Shown: piece by piece, positions 17,925 to 27,015 of the stretch | Layout: every line of letters begins with the position of its first letter | How positions within the stretch are numbered: the stretch's first letter is position 1 | Assembly: GCA_045545475.1 (NCBI GenBank) | Contig: JAZQAZ010000014.1 | Span: forward strand, 1 to 64,000 | Direction of reading: 5' to 3' | DNA from: Clostridia bacterium | GTDB taxonomy: Bacteria > Bacillota > Clostridia > CAKSNL01 > HGM11501 | DNA: 64,000 nt | Notes under the pieces: generated by a model | Seen by the model: only the letters and a program-made list of their open reading frames with translations | Told to the model about the DNA's origin: nothing | Databases searched by the model: none | Program-made: the position numbers and the translations under genes

Positions 17925-19530
17925 AAAGGGTATAAAGTTTTCCGGCAACACCTATTATAAAGCCGATAAGGCTCGCTATGACATTTATTACGAAGATTGC
18001 ATATACACCCAAGATAAAGTGTATTTTTCCTATACCAAATATGAAGGCGAGCCTATGGCGGTGGGCTTCTTTCTGGAAAATTTAGAAAATGTAACTCTTG
18101 ATTTTAACGGGGCAACCCTGGTTTTTCACGGAAGGATAATTCCCTTTATAATCAATAACTGCAAAAATGTAAAACTTAAAAATGTTAAAATAGATTACGA
18201 CCGACCATTCTATACTCAGGGCAAGGTAATTGAGTGCGGTGAAGGTCGTATGAAGATAAAAATAGACGAAGGCTTCAGGTACAGAGTGGAGGACGGATTT
18301 CTTTATGCGGTAAGCGATATCTGGGAGAAAAAGCTTAATTATAACGATTGTCTTCTCTGGCTTTACGACAGTACCGGCGTAAAAGAATATCCCATAATTT
18401 TAGGTTTGTTCGGCCCTGAAATATTCCCCTGTGAAAAACCGCCCCTTCCCATAAGACAGATTTTAGTTGAAGAAGACGGGGAATACCTGATACTTAAAGG
18501 GAATTTCCCAGAAAGATGGGAAGCAAATGAAGGCAACAACAGCCTTTTATTCACCCACGAGGTGCGTGATAAGTGTACTGTAATTGTGGTAAATTCGGAG
18601 GATACCTTCATCGAAGACTTCATCATTATCCACGGTGCTTCCTACGGAGTTATGGGTATGAACTGCAAGAATATGTACTTCGATAACTACAGTATGTACA
18701 TTAATTATGAGGGTAACGGAAGACTTGTAACCAACAATGCTGACGGTATTCATATATTCAACTGTAAGGGTGAGTTTGTGCTTAAAAATTCCCATATGGA
18801 AGGTCTGCTTGACGATACGGTTAACATCCATAATAATTATATAAAGGTAATGAACTTTGAAGGAAAGAAACTTGTATGTAAATTCGTGGGAAAGAACGTG
18901 AAAATTGATTGCCCCATATTTGTTAAAGGAGACCGCATTGCAATATATCGGGGCAGAACTCAGGAGAAAAGAGGAGAATACACCTTAGAGGATATTTTAC
19001 TTGATTCTGAAAACGAACAGTTTGTATTTACTCTGGATAAGGAAGTCGAGTACGTAGAGACCGGTGATATTGCAGAAAACCTTTCAAGTAATCCTACGAT
19101 ATTAATAGAAAATTGCAGGTTTGGTCGATTCAGAGGTACGATGCGCCTGCAAAGCCGAGCTAAAACCATAATAAGAAACTCAGTATTTGATAATAAAACC
19201 GAGTCCGTAATTTTTACCGGTGATACAACCTATTGGTATGAGTCGGGGCCGGTTAATGATTTTTTAATGGAAAACTGTAAATTGTTGAATACGGAATATT
19301 GTGCAAAAATTAATTTTTTAGGTGAAGTGGAATTTACAGACAAGGAACCATATTATCATAAAAATATAACAGTGAGAAATTGTTATTTTGATAAGGGTAG
19401 AATCATTAATATAAACCACGTTGATAATTTCGTTTTTGAAGGAAATACTTCCTGCGGAGAAATGGAAATCTACGCAAGAGACTGCGGAAAATTAACCTCG
19501 GACGAAAATGTAGTGGTTCACTATGAGTAA
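17908..19530 (+). CDS. Parallel beta-helix glycosidase, GH110 (alpha-1,3-galactosidase)-like
   Basis: NVTLDFNGATLVFHG, IDYDRPFYTQG, NADGIH and DDTVNIH catalytic-type motifs, WYESGPV. Confidence 0.72.
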   Translation: MEAIYKKGIKFSGNTYYKADKARYDIYYEDCIYTQDKVYFSYTKYEGEPMAVGFFLENLENVTLDFNGATLVFHGRIIPFIINNCKNVKLKNVKIDYDRPFYTQGKVIECGEGRMKIKIDEGFRYRVEDGFLYAVSDIWEKKLNYNDCLLWLYDSTGVKEYPIILGLFGPEIFPCEKPPLPIRQILVEEDGEYLILKGNFPERWEANEGNNSLLFTHEVRDKCTVIVVNSEDTFIEDFIIIHGASYGVMGMNCKNMYFDNYSMYINYEGNGRLVTNNADGIHIFNCKGEFVLKNSHMEGLLDDTVNIHNNYIKVMNFEGKKLVCKFVGKNVKIDCPIFVKGDRIAIYRGRTQEKRGEYTLEDILLDSENEQFVFTLDKEVEYVETGDIAENLSSNPTILIENCRFGRFRGTMRLQSRAKTIIRNSVFDNKTESVIFTGDTTYWYESGPVNDFLMENCKLLNTEYCAKINFLGEVEFTDKEPYYHKNITVRNCYFDKGRIININHVDNFVFEGNTSCGEMEIYARDCGKLTSDENVVVHYE

Positions 19531-19532
19531 AC

Positions 19533-19565
19533 AAAAAACCGTCTTGCATTGCAGGACGGTTTTTT
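19533..19565 (+). terminator. Rho-independent terminator
   Basis: AAAAAACCGTCTTGCA/TGCAGGACGGTTTTTT. Confidence 0.85.
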
Positions 19566-19626
19566 ATGCTAATTGGTTGACAAAGCATTTTCCCTCATGT
19601 TAAAATAAAACAGAAGAAAATAATAT

Positions 19627-19673
19627 TTGCATTTAAGTTTGAATTTTTGAAAAAAGTTCAAACTTAAATGCAA
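19627..19673. repeat. Long inverted repeat overlapping a putative ECF -35 element
   Basis: TTGCATTTAAGTTTGAA...TTCAAACTTAAATGCAA, 17-bp perfect arms. Confidence 0.85.
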
Positions 19674-19696
19674 CCTTTCCCGATTCTCGTTTGTAT
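19669..19696 (+). promoter_or_regulatory. Putative ECF sigma autoregulatory promoter
   Basis: TGCAAC-N17-TGTA, similar to SigV/SigW-type promoters, just upstream of the ECF gene. Confidence 0.5.
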
Positions 19697-19720
19697 TATA
19701 CATGAAGGGAGGAAATTCCT

Positions 19721-20212
19721 ATGCAAAAAACGGTCTGCGCAGACGTTTTTAAGCATGATATGACCAATAAATACTTCGATATGGTATACCGTCTGGCCTT
19801 AAACCAGATGAAGGATAAACACATGGCCGAAGATGTGACTCAGGATGTATTCGTAAAATACATAAATTCCGACAAGGATTTTGAAAGTGAAGAACACGTT
19901 AAAGCGTGGCTCATAAGGGTTACGGTAAATATGTGCAAAAATGTGTTCAATTCAGCATGGTATAAAAAATCGGCACCGCTTGAGGAAGATATTCCGGAGG
20001 AAGAAAAAGAAATAAGCGACTTGTATGAAGAAGTTTTAAAGCTTCCTAAAAAATATAAGGCGGTAATCCACCTCTTTTACTACGAGGATATGCCGATAGC
20101 GGATATTGCAGCATGCCTTGGCGAAAAGGAATCCACCATAAAAAGCCAGCTTCATAGAGCGAGGGAAATACTTAAAAAAACGCTGAAAGGAGGATGCGAC
20201 TATGAATTTTAA
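19721..20212 (+). CDS. ECF RNA polymerase sigma-70 factor
   Basis: AEDVTQDVF, KAWLIRVTVN, LPKKYKAVIHLFYYED, TIKSQLHRAR. Confidence 0.95.
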   Translation: MQKTVCADVFKHDMTNKYFDMVYRLALNQMKDKHMAEDVTQDVFVKYINSDKDFESEEHVKAWLIRVTVNMCKNVFNSAWYKKSAPLEEDIPEEEKEISDLYEEVLKLPKKYKAVIHLFYYEDMPIADIAACLGEKESTIKSQLHRAREILKKTLKGGCDYEF

Positions 20213-21212
20213 GGAAAGCTATAAAAAAGCAAATGACGAAATTACAGGAGACAGAGCACTTCTTGATAAAATATTAACTACTCCGGTAAAAGAAAAAAAG
20301 AAAATTTCACCGATTGTCTACAGGTTTGCATCCTGTGCGGCGGCGATATTACTGGTGGGTGCGATAATACTGATGCCTGAAATGAAAGAAAAGTTTATTA
20401 CAGAAGAAAAAGCAAACGCAAGCGAAGAAGCCAAAGAAGAAGCTTCTGCAACTATCCTGGCAGATGTTGCGGAAGAAACGGAAGAAGTATATGAAGAGGC
20501 ATATGACGGTCATACAAGCGTTGAAACGGAAACAAATGAGAAAACTAAAACTACTGTAAAAAAAGAAAAAGCGGCAGAAACTTCTGAGAGCGTGGTGGCT
20601 ACAGAAAATTACGCAAACGAAGAAGCGACAAATTCTGCACTTACGGAAGATGGGGTTGAGGCTGCATCTGATGAAACAGCCTTCAGCATATATTCTCGCA
20701 ATGACGAGGAAGATTTTGGAAAAGCAGAGGGACTGAAGGGGGCAGAAACTTCAGCAGCATCTGAGGAAGTGCAACCTTCGGAATCGGCAGAGCCTAAGAT
20801 TAAATTATCTTCGGGCGGAAGCGGAGGAGGTTCTTCAGCAAGAAGTGCGGCGGTGTATGACGATAGCGAGGATGCTGACGTCTTAAGCGTTTCCGATATA
20901 ATTGGTCATATAGGAATAAACGAAAATAGTCTTGTGCCATTAAACATGACACTTATTAATTCAGAAGTATCTTATTTTGAATTTTCTCCCGAGGGAAATA
21001 TTACGGCATATGAGATAAATATGGTTTTCGAGCAGAATGATGCAAAATTGATTATTCGCCTTACGGATTCTGCAACGCCTCTTGAATTTAATGTGGCGGG
21101 GGATGCAGGGATGATTTCGGCGTCGAAAACCATTGGTAAAACTGATATTTTTATAACGGCATACAATCTTACTTTTGAAGATGTGGAAAACTACGTAAAC
21201 AGCATAGCTTAA
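20202..21212 (+). CDS. Putative membrane-anchored anti-sigma factor
   Basis: Overlaps the ECF gene; short cytoplasmic N-terminus, one TM (FASCAAAILLVGAIILM), acidic low-complexity linker, C-terminal domain. Confidence 0.7.
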   Translation: MNFKESYKKANDEITGDRALLDKILTTPVKEKKKISPIVYRFASCAAAILLVGAIILMPEMKEKFITEEKANASEEAKEEASATILADVAEETEEVYEEAYDGHTSVETETNEKTKTTVKKEKAAETSESVVATENYANEEATNSALTEDGVEAASDETAFSIYSRNDEEDFGKAEGLKGAETSAASEEVQPSESAEPKIKLSSGGSGGGSSARSAAVYDDSEDADVLSVSDIIGHIGINENSLVPLNMTLINSEVSYFEFSPEGNITAYEINMVFEQNDAKLIIRLTDSATPLEFNVAGDAGMISASKTIGKTDIFITAYNLTFEDVENYVNSIA

Positions 21213-21224
21213 GGAGGCGTTGGT

Positions 21225-23264
21225 ATGAAAAGAATAATGTCATTGTTACTCATATTTGCACTTGTTTTTTCCGTAACGGCTTTTGCCGAGGAAAACGAAA
21301 ATATGAAGGAAGTGCTTATGTCTGTAAAGGAAAGAATTCCGGATACGGAGGAGTTTGAAAACTTCGAAAGTACGGAAAGAACGAGGAACGGCATTACAAC
21401 CTATACCTTTATGTGGTATAATTCCGGTGAGGACTACAGGGAAATGTCGGTAAGGGCAACGGAGAGCGGGCTTATTACAAGCTATAACTTCTACAAAAAC
21501 GAAAAGTATGAAACTAAACCTTCTATAAATAAGCCGGAAACAAAGGACTTTCTGGAAAAGGCAAAGGAGCTTTCAAGAAAAATGAATCCTTCCGTAAGCG
21601 ACAAAATTGAGGTGAGCGTAAGAAGCGGATATGAAAGCTTATATGACAGGGAGTATTCATTTATCCTTACGCACAAAGAAAACGGAATACCTGTTTACGG
21701 AAACACAGGAAGCCTTACCATTGCCTCCGACGGTGAAACGCTTACAAACTATTATATAAATTACACAGAGGGAGTCCCTTATCAAAAGCCCGATAAGGCA
21801 ATCAATCGTGAAGAAGCCGAAAAAGCCTATGCTTCGGAAATAGGAATGAATCTTGAATACCGCACGGAGTATGAAGAAAGAGAACGCAGGGTTTACCTTT
21901 CATATCTTCCCGAAAGAACCTACGGCGTATATATTGACGCCTTTACGGGAAAGGCAATTGAGCCTGGCGAAGCCACTGTGGAAACCTTCGGTACGATAAC
22001 GGAAGAATCAGCGGCAGCAGACAAAGGCGTGGGAGGAACCAATTCCGCAAACCGCTTTTCCGAGGCGGAGCTTAAGGAATTTGCAAAGCTTGAAAACTTG
22101 ATTTCAAAGGAAAAGGCGGAAAAAATCATAAGAGACCTTAAGGTTTTAAGAGATGATAAGGCAACACTTAAAAATATTTCTACAAGCCGTGACTATTACG
22201 ACGAAGAAAAGTATTACTATTCATTAAGCTTTGAGGGCGAAAACTATTATTATGCAAGTGCAAAAATAGATGCCGTAACCGGTAAGGTATTAAACTTCTA
22301 TCAGGATTCCGATTATAAAGAAGTTTCCGAAGAAGACAAGGAAGAAATGGAAAAGAAAATAAACGGCTATCTTGCACTTCTATGCCCCGGTGAAACAGGC
22401 GATGACAAAGAATACAGAATGACAGGCGAAAATGGAAATATCACAAGCAGCAATTACACACGTTATGTCAATGATATTCCTTATGGTAACGACAGAATCA
22501 GAATTGAAGTAAGCGGTTCTGACGGCAGCTTAAGAAGCTATTCTTATACAAAAACAGATTTGGAATTTCCGTCTCCCGAGGGAATAATAACAGAAGATGT
22601 TGCCGCAGAAAAAATGTTTGACTTAACAGAATATAAAATGTATTACTATCCCGTAACGGGCGATGATGGCAAAATAAAGGGAAGCTTCCTTTTATATATG
22701 CTTGAAGAGTCTGTGGAAATCGATGCGTTTACAGGAGAAAGAATCCTTGGTTATGAAGTCCTGGAAATCCCGGAGTATACAGACATCAAAGGACACTTTG
22801 CCGAAGAAGCAATAACTGTGCTTAAGAAGTTTGGTATAGGCTTTGCAGAAAGCGAATTCCGCCCAGATGAAATAATCACACAGAAGGATTTTATAAGCCT
22901 TCTTACATATGTGGTGAAGAGACGCTCGACAATTATTCTTGCCAAGGAATACGATGCGGAAGACACATATAACAGTGCTTATAATTATGAAATCCTTACG
23001 AAAGCAGAAAGAAAAGACGATTCAGAGGTAAGAAGAGTTGATGCGGCTGTTTATTTTATCAGAGCACTTGAACTGGAAGAAGTTGCATCGCTTCCCGGAA
23101 TATATAACTGTCCGTTTAATGATGTTTCCGACAAGACAGGATATGTGAGCATCCTTTACGGACTTGGTGTAGTCAATGGTGACGGAACAGGATTGTTCTA
23201 TCCCGAAAAGGGAGTGACTCGCGGTGAAGCCGCAGTTATGATTTATAACTACTTGTCAAGATAA
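21225..23264 (+). CDS. S-layer homology (SLH) domain protein with PepSY/YcdB-like repeats
   Basis: Signal peptide ending AFA; IDAFTG/IDAVTG repeats; C-terminal SLH motifs YTDIKGHFAE, FRPDEIIT, FYPEKGVTRGEAA. Confidence 0.82.
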   Translation: MKRIMSLLLIFALVFSVTAFAEENENMKEVLMSVKERIPDTEEFENFESTERTRNGITTYTFMWYNSGEDYREMSVRATESGLITSYNFYKNEKYETKPSINKPETKDFLEKAKELSRKMNPSVSDKIEVSVRSGYESLYDREYSFILTHKENGIPVYGNTGSLTIASDGETLTNYYINYTEGVPYQKPDKAINREEAEKAYASEIGMNLEYRTEYEERERRVYLSYLPERTYGVYIDAFTGKAIEPGEATVETFGTITEESAAADKGVGGTNSANRFSEAELKEFAKLENLISKEKAEKIIRDLKVLRDDKATLKNISTSRDYYDEEKYYYSLSFEGENYYYASAKIDAVTGKVLNFYQDSDYKEVSEEDKEEMEKKINGYLALLCPGETGDDKEYRMTGENGNITSSNYTRYVNDIPYGNDRIRIEVSGSDGSLRSYSYTKTDLEFPSPEGIITEDVAAEKMFDLTEYKMYYYPVTGDDGKIKGSFLLYMLEESVEIDAFTGERILGYEVLEIPEYTDIKGHFAEEAITVLKKFGIGFAESEFRPDEIITQKDFISLLTYVVKRRSTIILAKEYDAEDTYNSAYNYEILTKAERKDDSEVRRVDAAVYFIRALELEEVASLPGIYNCPFNDVSDKTGYVSILYGLGVVNGDGTGLFYPEKGVTRGEAAVMIYNYLSR

Positions 23265-23294
23265 GAACCATTCTCATATTGTTTTTCTCCTTAG

Positions 23295-23326
23295 AAAAAG
23301 GGACGTGCTTGGCGCGTCCCTTTTTT
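23295..23326 (+). terminator. Rho-independent terminator
   Basis: AAAAAGGGACGTGC-ttg-GCGCGTCCCTTTTTT. Confidence 0.85.
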
Positions 23327-23327
23327 C

Positions 23328-23356
23328 TTGACTATACATGGGATTTATGGTAAAAT
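23328..23356 (+). promoter_or_regulatory. Sigma-A promoter of the TIR-TPR/luxS/mtnN unit
   Basis: TTGACT-N17-TAAAAT with extended -10 TG. Confidence 0.72.
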
Positions 23357-23392
23357 GGCATGGGTTTACCTTAAGATAAAGGAGGGGTATTT

Positions 23393-25582
23393 ATGGCTGA
23401 TTTTAAAATTAAAACCAAAAATCAGGTTGAAATTGAAAAAAAGCCAAGGGTATATTTTACCTGCCATCCTGAAGATTTTGAAAAAAGTTTTGATAAAATA
23501 TGTAATGACATTTTTTTGTGTCATGATTGTGCTATATATTATGCCGAAGATTTGACTGAACGGATTGAAAAAGAGGAACGTGAGATAGAGCTTGGAAGAA
23601 GCAACTTGCTTGTGGTTCCGGTTACATACAAGCTTTTGTCCACAAAAAACCGTGCCATGGATGAGGATGTTCCCTATGCAATAAAAGAGCATATTCCCAT
23701 TCTTCCGATTATGATGGAAAGCGGAATTGAATCATTGTATTCCATGGCAGATAAATTTGGCGAGATGCAATATCTTAATCCATACGGATATGATAAAACA
23801 GAAATTCCATATGAAGAAAAGCTGAGAAAATATCTAGAGTCTGTTCTCATAAGCAGCGAACTTGCAGAGGCTATAAGAGCAGCTTTTGATGCATACATAT
23901 TTTTAAGCTACCGTAAAAAGGACCGCAAGTATGCCAACGAGCTTATGAAGCTTATACATAAAAACCCCGAGTGCAGAGATATTGCAATATGGTTTGACGA
24001 GTTTTTGACTCCGGGAGAAAATTTCAATGAGAACATTGAGCGTATATTGAAAGACAGTAAGTTGTTTACACTTCTCGTTACTCCGAACTTGCTTGAAAAG
24101 CCAAACTTTGTATTGGATAAGGAATATCCTGCGGCAAAGGAAGCTGAAATCGGCATTCTCCCAGTGCAGATGGCGGCAACTGATAAAAAAACTTTAGATG
24201 AATGCTTTACAGACTTGCCACCCTGTATTGACGCATGTGAAGATAAACTTTTCAGGGAACGTTTGCTTGGTGCAATAACAGGTCTTGCTGTAAGAGAAAA
24301 CGATTCTCCGGAGCATAATTTTCTTATAGGGTTGGCATATTTTGACGGCATTGATGTGGAAGTTAATCGTGAACTGGGAATAAAGCTTATTACTTCAGCG
24401 GCAGAAGAGGGACTTCTTGCGGCAATGCAGAGGCTGGCTTTGTTATATGAAGACAGGGATTATCATGAAGCCATAAAGTGGGCTGAAAGGATAGTGGACT
24501 ATTACATAAAGCAAAACGGGGAAGAATACGGAGATACATTAACGGCACTTGGCAATCTGGCGTTGCTTTATGACAAGGCGGGAAAAAGTAAAAAAGCACA
24601 GGAAGTGCATGAAAAGGTATACGAAATACGGTGCAGAACGCTGGGAGAAGAACACTGTGACACTGTTACAACGCTGAATAATATGGCGGTGTCATACGAT
24701 AAGTCCAGGAATAGCAAAAAAGCTCAGAAACTTTACGAAAAAGTTTATAAACTGCAATGCAAAATACATGGAGAAGAACATCCGAACACTTTGGCGGCAC
24801 TGCATAATCTGGCTTTATCCTACGGAAATACAGGAGATTACAGAACTGTACTTGAGTATATGAAAAAAGTTTATAGTCTGGAGTGTAAGATACTTGGCGA
24901 GGAAAACAGCGAAACATTGATTACTCTTAACAATGTTGCAGGAACCTATGCAAATCTTGGCAACTATAAAAGAGCACTGAAAATTCTTGAAGAAGTGTAT
25001 TCCGTAAGATGCAGGGTGCTTGGGGAAGAACATCCCGAAACGCTGACAACGCTTAATTTGATTTCCGGTGTTTATGCTAACCTTGCAGAGTATGAAAAAA
25101 CGATGGAAACAGTCAAAAAGGTATATTCTTCGCAATGCAAAGTGTTGGGAGAAGAACACCCTGTGACGCTTATAACGCTAGGCAATATGGCGATGGCCTA
25201 TGGATATAAAAAGGAATACAAAAGAGCACATGAGTTGCTTAATGAAGTTTATGCTAAGCGATGCAGAATACTTGGTAAAGAGCACCCTGATACCCTTATA
25301 ACCAGGGAATATCTTGCTGACAGTTATTCTTTTTCAGGAGACAGCAAAAAAGCTGTTGCGATACTTGATGAAATATATGCTGTGAGACTTAAAAAGCTTG
25401 GGGAAAAACACCCTGAGACCATTACAACCATGCATGATCTGGGAAGAAATTATATTAAGCTGGGCGAATACAAAAAGGCGTCGGTTATACTTAAAAAGGC
25501 ATACAACCTACGTTGCGGTACACTTGGAGAAAATCACCCGGATACATTGGAAACGCTGAAGTTTTTGGATATGCTTCTATAA
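23393..25582 (+). CDS. Tandem TIR-domain protein with Sel1-like repeat and 42-aa TPR array
   Basis: YIFLSYRKKD...IWFDEFLTPGENF...KEYPAA TIR; a degenerate upstream TIR copy; GLAYFDGIDV Sel1-like; nine (L)GE(E)HP.T-type repeats; AAGGAGG RBS. Confidence 0.85.
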   Translation: MADFKIKTKNQVEIEKKPRVYFTCHPEDFEKSFDKICNDIFLCHDCAIYYAEDLTERIEKEEREIELGRSNLLVVPVTYKLLSTKNRAMDEDVPYAIKEHIPILPIMMESGIESLYSMADKFGEMQYLNPYGYDKTEIPYEEKLRKYLESVLISSELAEAIRAAFDAYIFLSYRKKDRKYANELMKLIHKNPECRDIAIWFDEFLTPGENFNENIERILKDSKLFTLLVTPNLLEKPNFVLDKEYPAAKEAEIGILPVQMAATDKKTLDECFTDLPPCIDACEDKLFRERLLGAITGLAVRENDSPEHNFLIGLAYFDGIDVEVNRELGIKLITSAAEEGLLAAMQRLALLYEDRDYHEAIKWAERIVDYYIKQNGEEYGDTLTALGNLALLYDKAGKSKKAQEVHEKVYEIRCRTLGEEHCDTVTTLNNMAVSYDKSRNSKKAQKLYEKVYKLQCKIHGEEHPNTLAALHNLALSYGNTGDYRTVLEYMKKVYSLECKILGEENSETLITLNNVAGTYANLGNYKRALKILEEVYSVRCRVLGEEHPETLTTLNLISGVYANLAEYEKTMETVKKVYSSQCKVLGEEHPVTLITLGNMAMAYGYKKEYKRAHELLNEVYAKRCRILGKEHPDTLITREYLADSYSFSGDSKKAVAILDEIYAVRLKKLGEKHPETITTMHDLGRNYIKLGEYKKASVILKKAYNLRCGTLGENHPDTLETLKFLDMLL
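24515..25560 (+). repeat. Coding tandem repeat, about 126 bp (42 aa) TPR units
   Basis: GEEYGDT, GEEHCDT, GEEHPNT, GEENSET, GEEHPET, GEEHPVT, GKEHPDT, GEKHPET, GENHPDT at 42-aa spacing. Confidence 0.85.
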
Positions 25583-25606
25583 AATTCGGATAAAAGGAGA
25601 GAGAAA

Positions 25607-26068
25607 ATGGAAAGAATACAAAGCTTTTCCGTGGACCATGATTTTATCAGTCCCGGAATTTATGTGTCAAGAATAGACGAAGATATTACCACTTATGATT
25701 TAAGAACGAGAAAACCTAACGCAGGCTTTTATATGGATAATGTAACCATGCATACTGTGGAACACATGCTGGCTACGTTTTTCAGAAATTCCGAAATAAA
25801 GGACGATGTTATATATTTCGGCCCTATGGGATGTCAGACGGGATTTTATCTTCTTTTGAGAAATGCGGATAATGAAAAGACTTTGTCGGTTCTTAAAGAT
25901 TGCTTATCTAAGGTTTTATCCTATGAGGGAAAGGTTTTCGGTGCGGAAAGAAAAGAATGCGGTAACTACGAAAACTTAAATCTTGATGCGGCAAAGGCAG
26001 AGTGCAGAGAATATCTTAACGCTCTTACAAATAAAGAACAGACGTTTACATACGAAAAAACACTTTAA
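25607..26068 (+). CDS. luxS: S-ribosylhomocysteine lyase
   Basis: SFSVDH, HTVEH, GPMGCQTGFY, CGNY. Confidence 0.97.
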   Translation: MERIQSFSVDHDFISPGIYVSRIDEDITTYDLRTRKPNAGFYMDNVTMHTVEHMLATFFRNSEIKDDVIYFGPMGCQTGFYLLLRNADNEKTLSVLKDCLSKVLSYEGKVFGAERKECGNYENLNLDAAKAECREYLNALTNKEQTFTYEKTL

Positions 26069-26078
26069 GGAGAAAATT

Positions 26079-26786
26079 ATGATTTCAAAAGCAGATATCG
26101 GAATAATTTGTGCGATGGATGTTGAACTCGCCGAGATTAGTAGTGCGATGGACATTACCATGCGAAAGAAAATAAGCGGAGTTGAGTTTTTATACGGAAA
26201 TTTAGCCGGAAAGAATGTGGTTTGTGCTGTTTGCGGAGTCGGAAAGGTTTTTGCGGCAATTTGCACCGAGGCGATGATTCTTAATTTTGAACCAGGGGTT
26301 ATTGTAAATTCAGGTGTTGCCGGAGGACTTTCTGAAAGTCTTTCTGTGTGTGATGCGGTTGTGGCGGAGAGTTTGGTACAGCACGACATGGACACATCTC
26401 CTTTAGGGGATCCCGTGGGCCTTTTATCGGGAATAAACATTATAAATATTCCCTGCGATAAAAAGGCGGGAGAGGTTCTTAAAAAAGCGGCAGAAGAGCT
26501 TTCTATCCATATGGAAACAGGGATAATTGCAACGGGAGACCAGTTTATTTCAGAAAACGAAAAAAAGGATTGGCTTTGCAAAACCTTTAATGCAAAAGCT
26601 TGCGAGATGGAGGGCGGTTCGGTTGCACATGTATGCTATGTAAACGGAGTTAAGTGTGCTGTACTCAGAACCATATCCGATGGCGGAAATGATGATGCTA
26701 AAATGGATTTTCCCACCTTCTGTAAAAAGGCGGCACACAATTCCTGCGAGATTATGAAAAGATTTGTGAGGGATTATAATGACTGA
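26079..26786 (+). CDS. mtnN: 5'-methylthioadenosine/S-adenosylhomocysteine nucleosidase
   Basis: IGIICAMDVE, GVGKVFAA, NSGVAGG, VQHDMD, TGDQFI, CEMEG, RTISD; AAGGAG RBS before ATG26079. Confidence 0.96.
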   Translation: MISKADIGIICAMDVELAEISSAMDITMRKKISGVEFLYGNLAGKNVVCAVCGVGKVFAAICTEAMILNFEPGVIVNSGVAGGLSESLSVCDAVVAESLVQHDMDTSPLGDPVGLLSGINIINIPCDKKAGEVLKKAAEELSIHMETGIIATGDQFISENEKKDWLCKTFNAKACEMEGGSVAHVCYVNGVKCAVLRTISDGGNDDAKMDFPTFCKKAAHNSCEIMKRFVRDYND

Positions 26787-26994
26787 CGAAAAGATTTTAA
26801 GGATAAATGAGCTTTCTAAAAAAGCTAAAACAGTTGGACTTACAGAAGAGGAATTGGCTGAACAAAAGCGTCTTCGTGATGAATATATTGCAGGCTTTCG
26901 TGCATCACTTCAGAGAGAACTTGATAATACATATATCAAGCGACCTGACGGAAGCGTTGTAAAAATTGAGAAAAAAGGAAATAAAAAAAGCTGA
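26779..26994 (+). CDS. DUF896 (YnzC/UPF0291) family protein
   Basis: RINELSKKAK..GLTEEE..EQ..LR.EYI..FR. Confidence 0.9.
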   Translation: MTDEKILRINELSKKAKTVGLTEEELAEQKRLRDEYIAGFRASLQRELDNTYIKRPDGSVVKIEKKGNKKS

Positions 26995-27015
26995 GGCTTT
27001 GCCTCAGCTTTTTTT
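26983..27015. terminator. Bidirectional terminator
   Basis: AAAAAAAGCTGAGGC-ttt-GCCTCAGCTTTTTTT. Confidence 0.9.

Noticed and set aside
24515-25560. TPR repeats as a diversity-generating retroelement target or a DNA-level array
   Set aside because: The repeats are degenerate at the nucleotide level, and no reverse transcriptase or template repeat is present in the window.
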